Origin: Patescibacteria group bacterium
GTDB taxonomy: Bacteria > Patescibacteriota > Patescibacteriia > 2-01-FULL-39-33
Length of the DNA: 64,000 nucleotides
Assembly: GCA_041650895.1 (NCBI GenBank)
Contig: JBAZKF010000001.1
Coordinates: forward strand, 509,006-573,005
Direction of reading: 5' to 3'
The notes beneath the pieces are model-generated. The model did no database searches and was not told the origin of the DNA. It saw only the letters and a list, made by a program, of their open reading frames with translations. Position 1 is the first letter of the stretch; each line of letters opens with the position of its first letter. This document shows positions 1-9,552 of this stretch, piece after piece. The translations under genes were made by a program, and so were the position numbers.

Positions 1-16
1 GTGCAATTTATCAAAA

Positions 17-775
17 TTATTTTTTAATCGCTTGCCAATTAAATTCAAAAACCTGCTTTTGCATTTGATAGATTGACTCATTCTCCACTACCACGCCAAG
101 GGAATTGCCAGAATCATCCAAACCGATATGAGCGATCTTACCGCCGTAAATCAATTCGTGCGTCATTTTCAGATTATCGCCAGCCGCGGGGATTTGCCGT
201 CTTTCATCCAACCCGAATATTCCGCCGACTTCACCCAACGAAATTACACGCACGATAACTTTCTTAGCGGTTCGTTTTTTATTGAAATCAGGCATGGCCG
301 CATAAAGATGTTTGCGGTCTTCGGCGGTGCCGGAAGAATAAACAAAATAAGTCTTATCTTCGCGGTTTCTCATAGTTTCCAACACGTCCTGCAAAATCTG
401 CTTCATACCTTGATCGCCTTCATAAAATTTAACCGCCGGCCGATTGCCGCTACGCTCAAAAATCGCTTGCAGACGAGGCAGATTTTCTTTGATGTCTTTT
501 TTAACCAAAGCCAATTTCTCTTCACGGTCCTCCAATGCGCCCAGAAGCTTTTCCGGCGGTTCCGCCACAAAAAACTGCTTAGTCTGCTTGTGGTAATAAG
601 TGACTAATCCGGCAGTAATCAAAGCTTTCAAGATATCGTAAGTTGTCCCCCGATTAATGCCGGCCTTATCAGCCACCACGCGGACGGAAGATGGCCCTAA
701 CTCAATTAAAGCGAGATAAACCGAGGTTTCTTTATCGCTCAGACCGAAATTCCTTAGTAATGTTTGTATTTCCAT
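17..775 (-). CDS. TrmB-family HTH transcriptional regulator
   Basis: 252-aa ORF. N-terminal HTH (ETSVYLALIELGPSSVRVVADKAGINRGTTYDIL) typical of TrmB-like sugar-type regulators, then a long C-terminal domain. Confidence 0.55.
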   Translation of the reverse strand: MEIQTLLRNFGLSDKETSVYLALIELGPSSVRVVADKAGINRGTTYDILKALITAGLVTYYHKQTKQFFVAEPPEKLLGALEDREEKLALVKKDIKENLPRLQAIFERSGNRPAVKFYEGDQGMKQILQDVLETMRNREDKTYFVYSSGTAEDRKHLYAAMPDFNKKRTAKKVIVRVISLGEVGGIFGLDERRQIPAAGDNLKMTHELIYGGKIAHIGLDDSGNSLGVVVENESIYQMQKQVFEFNWQAIKK

Positions 776-991
776 ATATTTATCTTAAAGTACTGTTATC
801 TTAACTCGTTGATTTTTATTTGTCAATACTTTTTCTACATTATTTATTATTTTATTATATTTTGTTTAAATTTACAATATTTTATATACTTATTTTATTA
901 ACTTTTTTTCTACATTTTTATAGTTATCCACAGGACAAAAACGTACAACGAACTGATAATAACATCAGTTAACAATGCGTAGTTAATAAAA

Positions 992-1022
992 AAACCGCCG
1001 AGGCTAAGCCGAAGCGGTTTCA
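992..1022 (-). terminator. hairpin + A/T run downstream of small Cys-rich gene
   Basis: aaccgc..gcggtt stem flanked by a poly-A run on the plus strand (a T-run on the minus strand), immediately 3' of the 1039-1242 minus-strand ORF. Confidence 0.35.
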
Positions 1023-1038
1023 TCAATGAACGTAATAA

Positions 1039-1242
1039 TCAGGGCCCCCAGCCATCGGGAACAGCTGATGGTGCTAGAGGGTCATTGGCCATTTCCTCTT
1101 GCGACTTTCTTAATTGTTCAGCGTACCCTTTGTCACTCATATATTGTTTCTGACCGCACATGCAAGGATTATAATCACAAACTCTGCAATTTGGAGTTAC
1201 AACGTCTTCTTCAGGATCATAAGGTCCGCCGCACATAGCCAT
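1039..1242 (-). CDS. small cysteine-rich hypothetical protein (67 aa)
   Basis: Strong SD (AAAAGGAG) 5 nt before the ATG and a terminator downstream. Six Cys in the first 30 aa (CGGPYD..CRVCDYNPCMCG). The overlapping plus-strand ORF has no RBS. Confidence 0.45.
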   Translation of the reverse strand: MAMCGGPYDPEEDVVTPNCRVCDYNPCMCGQKQYMSDKGYAEQLRKSQEEMANDPLAPSAVPDGWGP

Positions 1243-1455
1243 TACTCCTTTTTCTTTTTTGGTTGGTCAATATCAAAGAACATATAACACTGAACTATTT
1301 CTATCACTAATAATCAAAAAAGTCAAGGGTTGTTCTTTGGACATAAATAAGCTAAAATTATCTCGTATCAATTGCAAACCATCTGTAATGGAGTTGGCCC
1401 TGTCGGCCAAGCGGATGGGGTATTAGAGGGATTTATAATAAACTACCCGCCAACC

Positions 1456-2433
1456 ATGATATTTTTCGTTTACGGCACGGAAGCGCACTTATGCCGCCAA
1501 AAAATCTCTGAACTGCAAGCTGGTTTTATCCAAAAAAGGGATAAAAGCAGTCTTAATGTCGTCCGCTTAAAAGATGATGAACTGGACTTTGATCGCTTAT
1601 CCCAGGAAGCCCTCACTACGCCCTTTCTGGGAGAACGCAAGTTGATCATCATTGAACAACTGATAGCCGACATGTCGGCCGGCAAGAAAAAGTTGCGCGA
1701 TCAAATCTTGGATTTCCTTAAAGCCAAGGAATCGGTAATTGACAATAATCTGATGTTTGTTGATTTGTTTGAAGAAGAAAAAAAAATACCGGAGAAAGAT
1801 GCGCTCTTCAACTTCTTAGCCAAACAGAAATTCGCCTACAGGTTATTCCGTCTCAAAGACCGCGAGCTAAGCGGTTGGATCAAAAAATACTGCGAAAGCA
1901 AAAAAATAAAAATAGCTCCGGCAGCCGTCAGTGAGTTATTGCTTTTGGTCGGCAATGATCTGACCCAACTTACCAATGAACTGGACAAGCTCGGGTCGTA
2001 CAAAGCCGGAGAAATAATCGCCACTGCCGATGTTAAGCTTTTAGTCAAAGCCAAAATTGACGACGACGTTTTCGTTCTAACCGACGCGCTGGGCGACAAA
2101 AATCGCGAACGCGCTCTGGAACTCCTAAGCCGGCAGTTCCTCTCCGGTGCCGAACCGCTGGCACTGCTGGGGTCAATTAATTGGCAATTCAAACTGATTT
2201 TAAAAGCCAAAACGCTATTGGAAAATAATCCCCGCTTGACGCCGGAGGGAGCGGCCAAAGAAATCGGCGTCCACGCCTACCCCGCCCGCAAAAGCCTGGG
2301 TTTCGCCAAAAGCTTCAGCCTGAAACAGCTGATTAATATTCAGAATGATTTATTGAAACTGGAACGCCAACTCAAATCCGGCGCCAAAAACCCAGAATTG
2401 CTGTTTGACCTGTTTGTAATAAAACATTGCTAA
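1456..2433 (+). CDS. holA: DNA polymerase III delta subunit
   Basis: Delta-subunit-like layout (MIFFVYGTE...LLLVGNDLTQLTNELDKL). The ATG at 1456 is preferred over the alternative start at 1372. Confidence 0.65.
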   Translation: MIFFVYGTEAHLCRQKISELQAGFIQKRDKSSLNVVRLKDDELDFDRLSQEALTTPFLGERKLIIIEQLIADMSAGKKKLRDQILDFLKAKESVIDNNLMFVDLFEEEKKIPEKDALFNFLAKQKFAYRLFRLKDRELSGWIKKYCESKKIKIAPAAVSELLLLVGNDLTQLTNELDKLGSYKAGEIIATADVKLLVKAKIDDDVFVLTDALGDKNRERALELLSRQFLSGAEPLALLGSINWQFKLILKAKTLLENNPRLTPEGAAKEIGVHAYPARKSLGFAKSFSLKQLINIQNDLLKLERQLKSGAKNPELLFDLFVIKHC

Positions 2434-2440
2434 AAATAAA

Positions 2441-2478
2441 GACCGCTCGCAAAGTTCGCGAGCGGTCTTTATTTTTTT
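2441..2478. terminator. bidirectional rho-independent terminator (holA / rlmN convergent)
   Basis: gaccgctcgc-aaagtt-cgcgagcggtc perfect 11-bp stem flanked by A-run and T-run. Confidence 0.7.
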
Positions 2479-2486
2479 CTCTTTGA

Positions 2487-3512
2487 TTATTTTTTTCTTC
2501 CCGCCAATTGCCCGCAGGCGCCGGCAATATCGCCGCCGAGCGATTTGCGGATAGTCGTTTCAATGCCGGAACGGTTTAAAATCATCTTAAAACGCTTGAG
2601 CTGCTCCATGGGTGAAGCCTTAAATCGGCGACTAATCGCCCCGGAACGGGAAATAATCGGGTTATAGGGAATCAAGTTGACCATTACTAGTTTTTTGGGC
2701 AATTGCTCCAAAAGCCTGATCAACTCGTTTGCTTGTTCCGCATCATCATTAACGCCGTCGATCATAACGTACTCAAACATTAACTTGCGACCCCTCTCCT
2801 TCAAATAAGATTTAAGCTGTTGAAACAACTCTGACAGCTTGTAGCTGGAAGAAATCGGCATCAGTTCCCGCCGCAATTCATCGTTGGGCGCATGCAAAGA
2901 AATCGCCAAATTGATCTGTAACGGATAACGAGTAACGTTTTTGAGGCCCTCAATCAGACCGCAAGTAGAAATTGATATGGAACGAGCCGCTAAACCAAAA
3001 CCATCCTTATCGTTAATCAGGTTAATCGCCTCAGCGACATTCGGCCAATTCAAAAGCGGCTCTCCCATGCCCATAAAAACGACATTGTCTATTTTTTTAC
3101 CCTCGGTCTTGAGTTGACGGGCAAAATAAATAACCTGTTCCGCGATCTCTCCGGCTGTCAGGTTGCGTTCAAAACCGTTTTGACCGGTAGCGCAGAACAA
3201 ACAGCCCAAAGGGCAACCGACCTGGGAAGAAACGCAAACCGTATAACGGCCATCGGCATTTTCCAACAGCACCGCTTCAATTACGGCACTGTCAGCCAAT
3301 TTAATCAGTGCTTTGCGGCTTGAATCACTAGCTGTCTCTGTAGCATTAACTTCCAAAGGACAACCGGCTTTGAGTTTCCGCTTTAAATCGGCAGGCAGAG
3401 TGGTGACTTCATCCCAATCACTGATTAATTTCAAATATATCGCCTGTTTGACTTGTTTCAGACGATAAGCGGGCTGACCGGCTAATATTTTATTTAAAGC
3501 TGATAAATCCAT
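2487..3512 (-). CDS. rlmN: 23S rRNA/tRNA (adenine-C2)-methyltransferase, radical SAM
   Basis: CPLGCLFCATG radical-SAM motif and an RlmN-like N-terminus (MDLSALNKILAGQPAYRLKQV). The ATG at 3512 is preferred over the TTG at 3536. Confidence 0.85.
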   Translation of the reverse strand: MDLSALNKILAGQPAYRLKQVKQAIYLKLISDWDEVTTLPADLKRKLKAGCPLEVNATETASDSSRKALIKLADSAVIEAVLLENADGRYTVCVSSQVGCPLGCLFCATGQNGFERNLTAGEIAEQVIYFARQLKTEGKKIDNVVFMGMGEPLLNWPNVAEAINLINDKDGFGLAARSISISTCGLIEGLKNVTRYPLQINLAISLHAPNDELRRELMPISSSYKLSELFQQLKSYLKERGRKLMFEYVMIDGVNDDAEQANELIRLLEQLPKKLVMVNLIPYNPIISRSGAISRRFKASPMEQLKRFKMILNRSGIETTIRKSLGGDIAGACGQLAGRKK

Positions 3513-3549
3513 AGCGATGCAAAAAGTCCCGCGCAAGGCGGGAGCTTTT

Positions 3550-3813
3550 TTATTTCATTAAAGAATTTAACTTTTTCATCAGTCTTGATTTTTTTCGAGC
3601 GGCGGCATTTTTTGCGATAATTTTTTTGCCGGCGGCCTTGTCAATCACCTTAATGGCTGCCCTGACTTTTTCTGCGGCCTGTTTTTCTTTAGCGGCTATC
3701 ATCTTTTGCGAATCCTTAACCAAGTCCTTGATGGCATGTTTGACTTTATAATTCCTTAAGGCGCGTTTGGCACTTTGGCGCAGGGCCTTGGCGGCGCTTT
3801 TTTTATTAGGCAT
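3550..3813 (-). CDS. rpsT: 30S ribosomal protein S20
   Basis: MPNKKSAAKALRQSAKRALRN... is a classic S20 N-terminus. The ATG at 3811-3813 is preferred over the longer ORF. Confidence 0.85.
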   Translation of the reverse strand: MPNKKSAAKALRQSAKRALRNYKVKHAIKDLVKDSQKMIAAKEKQAAEKVRAAIKVIDKAAGKKIIAKNAAARKKSRLMKKLNSLMK

Positions 3814-3920
3814 AAATTTAAATTCGTAATTCCGCCAATCGGCGGATAGCTTATGATTTGTAGTTAATGTGTGAGAGCTTGTTAGAATAATAACAAATAC
3901 TTTGACCTTTGTCAATCAAA

Positions 3921-4003
3921 TGCCGAAGGGGAGACTCGAACTCCCACGGGACAAGCCCACATGCTCCTAAGGCATGCGTGTATACCAATTTCACCACTTC
4001 GGC
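3921..4003 (-). tRNA. tRNA-Leu (anticodon UAG)
   Basis: Reverse complement reads GCCGAAGTGGTGAAATTGGTA...CATGC-CTTAGGA-GCATG with a long variable arm (TGGGCTTGTCCCG) and a T-arm GGGAG-TTCGAGT-CTCCC. Type II tRNA with anticodon TAG; CCA is not encoded. Confidence 0.85.
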
Positions 4004-4234
4004 GGAAATTGATTACATTATAGCATTTAAATCAGTAAAAATCAAGTCTCCAATTGAACGACTTGACAAAAAACGCTAAAAAGGTAAAATAATAAATTAA
4101 TTTGCAGTAATCATTATTAAACTTTGGAAATAGCCGATAAAACAATCTATATAATATTGACTCAGATACTGCTTTCAGTTAAACTTCAATTATTCTTAGT
4201 TTTAGTTAAAACCTGACATAAAACACCTAAAAAT

Positions 4235-5326
4235 ATGAAAAAAATCATCCTCGCAATCATCTGTAGCGCCGGCTTACTCGCTATCTCCCAGCCAGCCCTG
4301 GCCTACACTGCCGTCGAAGGCAACCTAATTAAAACCAGCAGCAACTCGGCCGTCTATTACATTGACGGTTCAGGTTATCGGCACCTTTTTCCCAATCAAG
4401 AAGTTTTCTTCAGTTGGTATAAAGGTTCATGGAACGATCAAATCATCACTACCGTGGCTGATTATGAACTATTGCAAATTCCAACGGGAAAGAACGTTAC
4501 CGTCAAACCGGGCTACGCTTTGATTCATTTTGACAACAGTTTGAGGATGTATGCCGTTCTGCCGGGTGGCAAGCTTTGCCGCGCTCCGGCTCATTACAAT
4601 AATTACCAGTACAACCGCGCTTTGATTATCCCGGCGAGTTTTGAGAGCGACTATTACAATGATGGCGTTTGTGACATTACCGAGAATCAAAAATTGCCCG
4701 ATGGCACGCTCCTGAGATATGCCGGATCCAATGACATCTACTATATTCAAAATAGCCAAAAAAGACATATAACCGAAGCCGGATTCAATGCCAATAATTT
4801 CCGCTGGGACTCAGTAATTGAAAATATTGATTCTTCCATGTACTATCCTGACGGCGGGGATATTGTCGCCCGCGAAGACAACCTCTACAGCATCAGCTAC
4901 AGTTTTGGCAACAGTTACTACAGCGGTTATAACTACACTTGCGCTGAAAACTGGACCTGCTATTCCTGGAGCGCTTGCGCTAACGGCTCCCAATACCGCA
5001 CTTGCCGAGATAGCAATGGTTGCGGTACCTCCTACAACAAGCCAATCACCGCTCAGGCCTGTTACAGTTGCAGTGAAAGCTGGGCTTGCAGTTCTTGGTC
5101 CGCCTGCTCCTACGGCAAACAATACCGCACTTGCTGGGATAACAACAGTTGCGGCACGACTGCCAGCAAACCTATTACTTCTCAAGCGTGTTACAATTGC
5201 AATGAGAATTGGAGTTGTACTTCTTGGAGCATCTGTTCTAGTGGAGTGAAATACAGGGAATGCCTGGACACCAACCGTTGCGGCACCACTATCGGCAAAC
5301 CGGCCGGATCCCAAACCTGCAATTAA
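4235..5326 (+). CDS. secreted protein with C-terminal TSP1-like cysteine-rich tandem repeats
   Basis: Signal peptide MKKIILAIICSAGLLAISQPALA. The C-terminus has 3x ~43-aa repeats: C-x3-W-x-C-x2-WS-x-C-x2-G-x-QYRTC-x-D-x-N-x-CGT-x3-KP-x3-Q-x-C. Confidence 0.6.
   Translation: MKKIILAIICSAGLLAISQPALAYTAVEGNLIKTSSNSAVYYIDGSGYRHLFPNQEVFFSWYKGSWNDQIITTVADYELLQIPTGKNVTVKPGYALIHFDNSLRMYAVLPGGKLCRAPAHYNNYQYNRALIIPASFESDYYNDGVCDITENQKLPDGTLLRYAGSNDIYYIQNSQKRHITEAGFNANNFRWDSVIENIDSSMYYPDGGDIVAREDNLYSISYSFGNSYYSGYNYTCAENWTCYSWSACANGSQYRTCRDSNGCGTSYNKPITAQACYSCSESWACSSWSACSYGKQYRTCWDNNSCGTTASKPITSQACYNCNENWSCTSWSICSSGVKYRECLDTNRCGTTIGKPAGSQTCN
4940..5323 (+). repeat. 3 tandem ~129-bp coding repeats (6-Cys module, thrombospondin type-1-like WSxC..G.Q.R.C)
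   Basis: CAENWTCYSWSACANGSQYRTCRDSNGCGTSYNKPITAQACYS / CSESWACSSWSACSYGKQYRTCWDNNSCGTTASKPITSQACYN / CNENWSCTSWSICSSGVKYRECLDTNRCGTTIGKPAGSQTCN. Confidence 0.65.
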
Positions 5327-5372
5327 TTTAATGCTTTCAATAATCCATAAAAGACCAGACCAGAAAAGAAAA

Positions 5373-5400
5373 GCCCGGCGACCCGCCGGGACTTTTTCTT
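5373..5400 (+). terminator. rho-independent terminator
   Basis: cccggcg-acc-cgccggg stem followed by a T-run. Confidence 0.6.
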
Positions 5401-5434
5401 TTGGCGGTTTTAATGTTAAAATGAAGTCACTGAT

Positions 5435-6529
5435 ATGAAATATATATTTATTTTAGGCAATAACCCGGAACTATCAACGGCCGAAATCTCGACTGTACTG
5501 CCCCAAGCCAAAATCATCAAAAAAAGCCAGTCCTTCTTGGTAGTTGATAGCTCTGAAATCGACTGCCAACAATTAATGAAACGCCTGGGCGGAGTAATTA
5601 AAATCGGTTTAGTATTGGGTGAACGTCCGGAAGCCCAACCGATTATCGCTTCAGCCATATCCAAGAAAGACGGTCGCTTTAATTTCGGTTTGAGTTTTTA
5701 TGAACAAAAAACCAGCAACTGGGGGTTGAACATCAAAAAGCAATTAAAAGAACAAGGTATCGCTTCCCGCTTGGTAACTAGCCGCGAGTCGGCCTTGTCT
5801 TCAGTTATTATCACCAAAGAAAAATGCCAGGACTACATTATAGCTCCGGGCTTTTTTGCCCAGACCTGCGCCGTACAGGATTTTAAGGAATTTGGCAGGC
5901 GGGACTTCGGCCGACCGGCCGCCGACGCTTACTCCGGCATGTTACCGCCCAAAGCCGCCAAAATGATGATCAACTTAAGCGGCGCTAAGCTAACCGATAC
6001 CATCCTTGACCCATTCTGTGGCTCCGGCACAATCATTTCCGAAGCGCTGGCCATGGGCTACACCAATTTAATCGGCACCGATCTGTCGGCCAAAGCTGTG
6101 GCCGATAGCCAAAAAAATCTGGAATGGCTGGCGAAAGAACTATCAATTACCGATTACCGGCTGTCAATCGATCAGATTGATGTCAAGGAGTTAGCCGACA
6201 AGATTAAATCCGCTTCAATCGACGCTATTATCACCGAACCATATCTGGGTAAACCGATAAGGGGCCAGGAAAGCTCGGAACAAATTAAAAAAACTATTGC
6301 AGAATTATCGGACTTATACCTAATCGCATTCCAGCAATTCAAGAAAGTCCTGGCCAAGAACGGCCGGATTGTCATGGTTTTTCCCGAGTGGCATCTGCAT
6401 GATAAGATTTATCGCCTCAATATTAACCAACCCATCGGCCGATTAGGTTTCAAGCACCTGGACAATGGCAACCTATACTATAAGCGCGAAGACCAAAAAG
6501 TTTGGCGCAACATTACTGTCTGGCAATGA
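5435..6529 (+). CDS. putative RNA (guanine-N2) methyltransferase, UPF0020/Trm11-like
   Basis: Motif I DPFCGSGTIISEALAMG and motif IV-like ITEPYLG (a DPPY variant). The N-terminal ~150 aa looks THUMP-like. Confidence 0.5.
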   Translation: MKYIFILGNNPELSTAEISTVLPQAKIIKKSQSFLVVDSSEIDCQQLMKRLGGVIKIGLVLGERPEAQPIIASAISKKDGRFNFGLSFYEQKTSNWGLNIKKQLKEQGIASRLVTSRESALSSVIITKEKCQDYIIAPGFFAQTCAVQDFKEFGRRDFGRPAADAYSGMLPPKAAKMMINLSGAKLTDTILDPFCGSGTIISEALAMGYTNLIGTDLSAKAVADSQKNLEWLAKELSITDYRLSIDQIDVKELADKIKSASIDAIITEPYLGKPIRGQESSEQIKKTIAELSDLYLIAFQQFKKVLAKNGRIVMVFPEWHLHDKIYRLNINQPIGRLGFKHLDNGNLYYKREDQKVWRNITVWQ

Positions 6530-7005
6530 TAAAAATGTTCAACAAATTAAATTACCTGCGTAGCAACAGAATCACGCAAGTAAAACTGCCCATCTCCGCC
6601 GCGGCTCAAGAATTGTCCGCGGCGCTTTTGGTCGCCACTGATTATAGACAACGGCAAGAACTGGGCGAATCATTGTTGGATGAACTTTGCGATGGGGCCA
6701 ATATGGATATTGTACATTTAACAGTCAACGACGCCAACCAAAAGCATCGCCGACGCAACGGCCGAATTGTTATGAAACGCTACGGCTTATATAAAATCCG
6801 CGACCGCGCCATTCATATAGAAAACCGTACGGCCGCTCGGGGACAAATCATTTCTGCCAAAAGCTTTTTGGATACTTTGCTTCACGAGTGGCTGCACCAC
6901 TACGATACCCTGAAACTCAAACTTAACTCCATACATTCCAAGGGTTTCTACGACCGCTTTAATGATTTGAAAGAGAAGCTCCGCATACCGAAAAAAAACC
7001 GGTAA
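6526..7005 (+). CDS. HExxH zinc metallohydrolase-like protein (YgjP/DUF45-like)
   Basis: LLHEWLHH...HSKGFYDRF resembles the HExxH(x~10)HSxxFW signature of the DUF45/YgjP family. The ATG overlaps the upstream stop as ATGA. Confidence 0.4.
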   Translation: MIKMFNKLNYLRSNRITQVKLPISAAAQELSAALLVATDYRQRQELGESLLDELCDGANMDIVHLTVNDANQKHRRRNGRIVMKRYGLYKIRDRAIHIENRTAARGQIISAKSFLDTLLHEWLHHYDTLKLKLNSIHSKGFYDRFNDLKEKLRIPKKNR

Positions 7006-7174
7006 CGGTTATTTTTTGTTCAATCTTAATATTATACATTTATTCACATTTATTCATAATTAAACGCTTGACGAAACCATTTATATCTGCTATAATTACT
7101 TATTGATTTAAAATGGTTTTAAATCATAACGGACCTTACAAAAACATTAACACCAAAACAAGGAAGGGTAAATC

Positions 7175-8050
7175 ATGGAAAACATCAGGGTGATTTTGGG
7201 ATTTTCGGCAGGAATGCTGTTTATCATCGGACTTATTCCTTATGGCATCGCCATTATCGGCTACAACACCGTAACAAATTTCCTAACCTCAGCCAAAAAG
7301 AAAATTCAACCGTTTAAGCTATTATGGCTGATAGAACGATTTATCAATCTTCTTATTTGGATTTTAAATTTCAAAAAAAACAAGAAGCGGATTAAACCGT
7401 CAAAGGTTTCCTGGGTCATCTGGTTTTCCATCGATCTGCTGACTTTTAGCGGCATGGTAGCTGCCGGCACCCTTAACGGACAGATGACCGGGGTTATTTT
7501 CGGTGCTGGGATTATCTTACTGTTGGCCCTGATTTACGGTGAGAGTACTTGGACTAAACTGGATAAGTTGTGCCTATTGGGCGCGGCTGCGGGGCTGTCT
7601 CTATGGCTGTTATTTGACAACCCGCTTATGGCGATTATCGCCAGCGCCAGTGTTGGTTTTATCGGTTCCATCCCCACCCTCATTTCCGCCTGGCGCGATC
7701 CAGACAGAGAAGACAAATTGGCTTGGACAATCTTCTGGTTATCCTGCGCTTGCGCCGTACTGGCCATACCGCGTTTAACCGCCGCCGATGCCATTCAACC
7801 ACTTGATTTTTTCTTGATTGAGTCAATAATGATGCTTATCTTGTACTTCAACCCCACCGCTACAGGAGAATTAACTGCCATGAAATTATTCAACATCATA
7901 ACGATTCTAGCCATTGCCGTTTTAAGCAGTGCCTTATTCCTTGCTTTTGGGTTGTCATATATTCCGTCGTTGGGGATTGCTATCTTGATAATGATAGCTG
8001 GATTTGGTATGCTTCACTACCTGAACCGAAAATCTCCAAGGCGGAGATAG
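7175..8050 (+). CDS. polytopic integral membrane protein, hypothetical
   Basis: 291 aa with about 8 predicted hydrophobic helices. A good SD (AAGGAAGGG) precedes the ATG. Confidence 0.55.
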   Translation: MENIRVILGFSAGMLFIIGLIPYGIAIIGYNTVTNFLTSAKKKIQPFKLLWLIERFINLLIWILNFKKNKKRIKPSKVSWVIWFSIDLLTFSGMVAAGTLNGQMTGVIFGAGIILLLALIYGESTWTKLDKLCLLGAAAGLSLWLLFDNPLMAIIASASVGFIGSIPTLISAWRDPDREDKLAWTIFWLSCACAVLAIPRLTAADAIQPLDFFLIESIMMLILYFNPTATGELTAMKLFNIITILAIAVLSSALFLAFGLSYIPSLGIAILIMIAGFGMLHYLNRKSPRRR

Positions 8051-8222
8051 ATAAATTCAGCGGGGAAGATTTCTGGTTTAATTTATTGCGAAACGAATCA
8101 GGGAGCAATCCCCCGATTAAGCAAAACAACGATGGCACCTTCTCATTCACCCACCAATTTATTGTCGCCTGCTTTCTGGCGTCGCCGGCCGATAATCAGG
8201 TGATTTAATTAATGCACAAACA

Positions 8223-8264
8223 CGCCCCCGCGAGGTTTTTCCTTGCGGGGGCGATTTATTTTAC
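8223..8264 (+). terminator. rho-independent terminator
   Basis: cgcccccgc...gcgggggcg 9-bp GC stem followed by atttatttt. Confidence 0.55.
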
Positions 8265-8282
8265 AAAATAATAAATATAAAA

Positions 8283-8312
8283 TAAAAAAAACCGGCCTTA
8301 CGCCGGAATTTT
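8283..8312 (-). terminator. terminator for tyrS
   Basis: ccggc-cttac-gccgg hairpin flanked by A8 and T6 runs, directly after the tyrS stop. Confidence 0.45.
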
Positions 8313-9551
8313 TTATTTGCTTTTTACCCTCACAAACTGCCTTCGACCTCGCTGTAACAATAACCCGTCAATCGGTATGACTGTCTCCAACTCATGATGC
8401 GCTACTATTTGATCATCAATTTTCAACGCCTTCTCCTTAATCAGCCGTCTAGCCTCACTGGATGAAGCCACTAGTCCGGCTTGCAAGAACAAATCAGTTA
8501 CGCCGATCTTATCACTTACTGCCACTATCACTTCTGACACTTCGGTCGGCTTTTCTTTTTCTTGTACTACCCGCTTAAAGTATTCCCGCCCCTGATCGGC
8601 CGCCTGCTTACCCAAATAAATCTCTACCACATCATAGGCCAAATCCATTTTGGCATCACGGGGATTAAGCGCGCCCGACTTCAATTTATTCGCCACTTCC
8701 GTAACTAATTCCATGGGCACATCGGTTAGAATCTCCAAGGCCGGCACGATCATTTCGTCGGTCCAACTCATCACCTTGCCAAACATATCTTCAGGACTAT
8801 CGGTCAGGGCAATCATATTGCCCTCGGTCTTGCCCATCTTCTTGCCTGTCGGATCAGCCAACAGCTTTAACGTCAAAACGCATTTCTCTTTATTCTTCAT
8901 CTTTTTCATCAGCGTGCGCCCGGCCAACATATTGAACATCTGATCATTGCCGCCGATTTCCAAATCCACGTCCATAGCCACCGAATCGTACGCCTGCATC
9001 AGGGGATACATAAACTCATTCAAATACAAATCTTTGCCCTCGGCTATTCTCTTTTGGAACATGTCGCGCGCCAGCATTTGTTGAGCGGTAAAATAAGAAG
9101 TCAACTTAAGGATATGAGAGAAATTAAGCCGTGACAGCCAGGAATGATTGTTTTTAAACAAAGTTTTTCTAGCATCAATCAAGTTAACGATCTGCTTCCT
9201 CCACCCCTTCATATTGTTCCGAACCTGCGCCGCTGTCAGTGTTTTGCGCGCCTGAGCTTTATCCGTCGGATCGCCAATCATAGCCGTAAAACCGCCGAAC
9301 AAAAAAATCACTTCATGACCCAGACGCTGAAATTGCGCCAGTTTGCGAACGGTCATGCCATGACCTAAATGCAAAGAGGTGGCGGTAGGATCAAAACCGC
9401 AATACAAACGGATTTTTTTTCCGGATAAAAGCAATTTCCGCAAGGTTTCCTTATCAGGAAAAACCTGCTCTACACCACGTGTCAAAACATCATCAATTAT
9501 CTTTTTATCGGTGATGACTTTATGATTTTTAATCTTAGTTAAATGTCTCAT
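8313..9551 (-). CDS. tyrS: tyrosine--tRNA ligase
   Basis: HLGH motif (SLHLGHGM), KMGKT (KMSKS-like) motif and a C-terminal S4-like domain. Confidence 0.9.
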   Translation of the reverse strand: MRHLTKIKNHKVITDKKIIDDVLTRGVEQVFPDKETLRKLLLSGKKIRLYCGFDPTATSLHLGHGMTVRKLAQFQRLGHEVIFLFGGFTAMIGDPTDKAQARKTLTAAQVRNNMKGWRKQIVNLIDARKTLFKNNHSWLSRLNFSHILKLTSYFTAQQMLARDMFQKRIAEGKDLYLNEFMYPLMQAYDSVAMDVDLEIGGNDQMFNMLAGRTLMKKMKNKEKCVLTLKLLADPTGKKMGKTEGNMIALTDSPEDMFGKVMSWTDEMIVPALEILTDVPMELVTEVANKLKSGALNPRDAKMDLAYDVVEIYLGKQAADQGREYFKRVVQEKEKPTEVSEVIVAVSDKIGVTDLFLQAGLVASSSEARRLIKEKALKIDDQIVAHHELETVIPIDGLLLQRGRRQFVRVKSK

Positions 9552-9552
9552 A

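Noticed and set aside
776-1020. 250-bp extremely AT-rich intergenic stretch considered as a replication origin or mobile-element scar
   Set aside because: There are no DnaA-box clusters (TTATCCACA appears once at ~925, which is not enough), no flanking dnaA/dnaN, and no repeats or integrase. It more likely holds AT-rich promoter DNA for the divergent TrmB regulator.
1026-1238. Plus-strand 70-aa ORF overlapping the small Cys-rich gene
   Set aside because: It has no RBS, while the minus-strand ORF has a strong AAAAGGAG SD and a downstream terminator. It is likely a shadow ORF.
4811-5314. Overlapping 143-aa (plus) and 167-aa (minus) ORFs inside the TSP1-like repeat gene
   Set aside because: They are alternate-frame artefacts of the GC-rich repeat region. 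The repeat protein frame has a signal peptide and a conserved Cys pattern.
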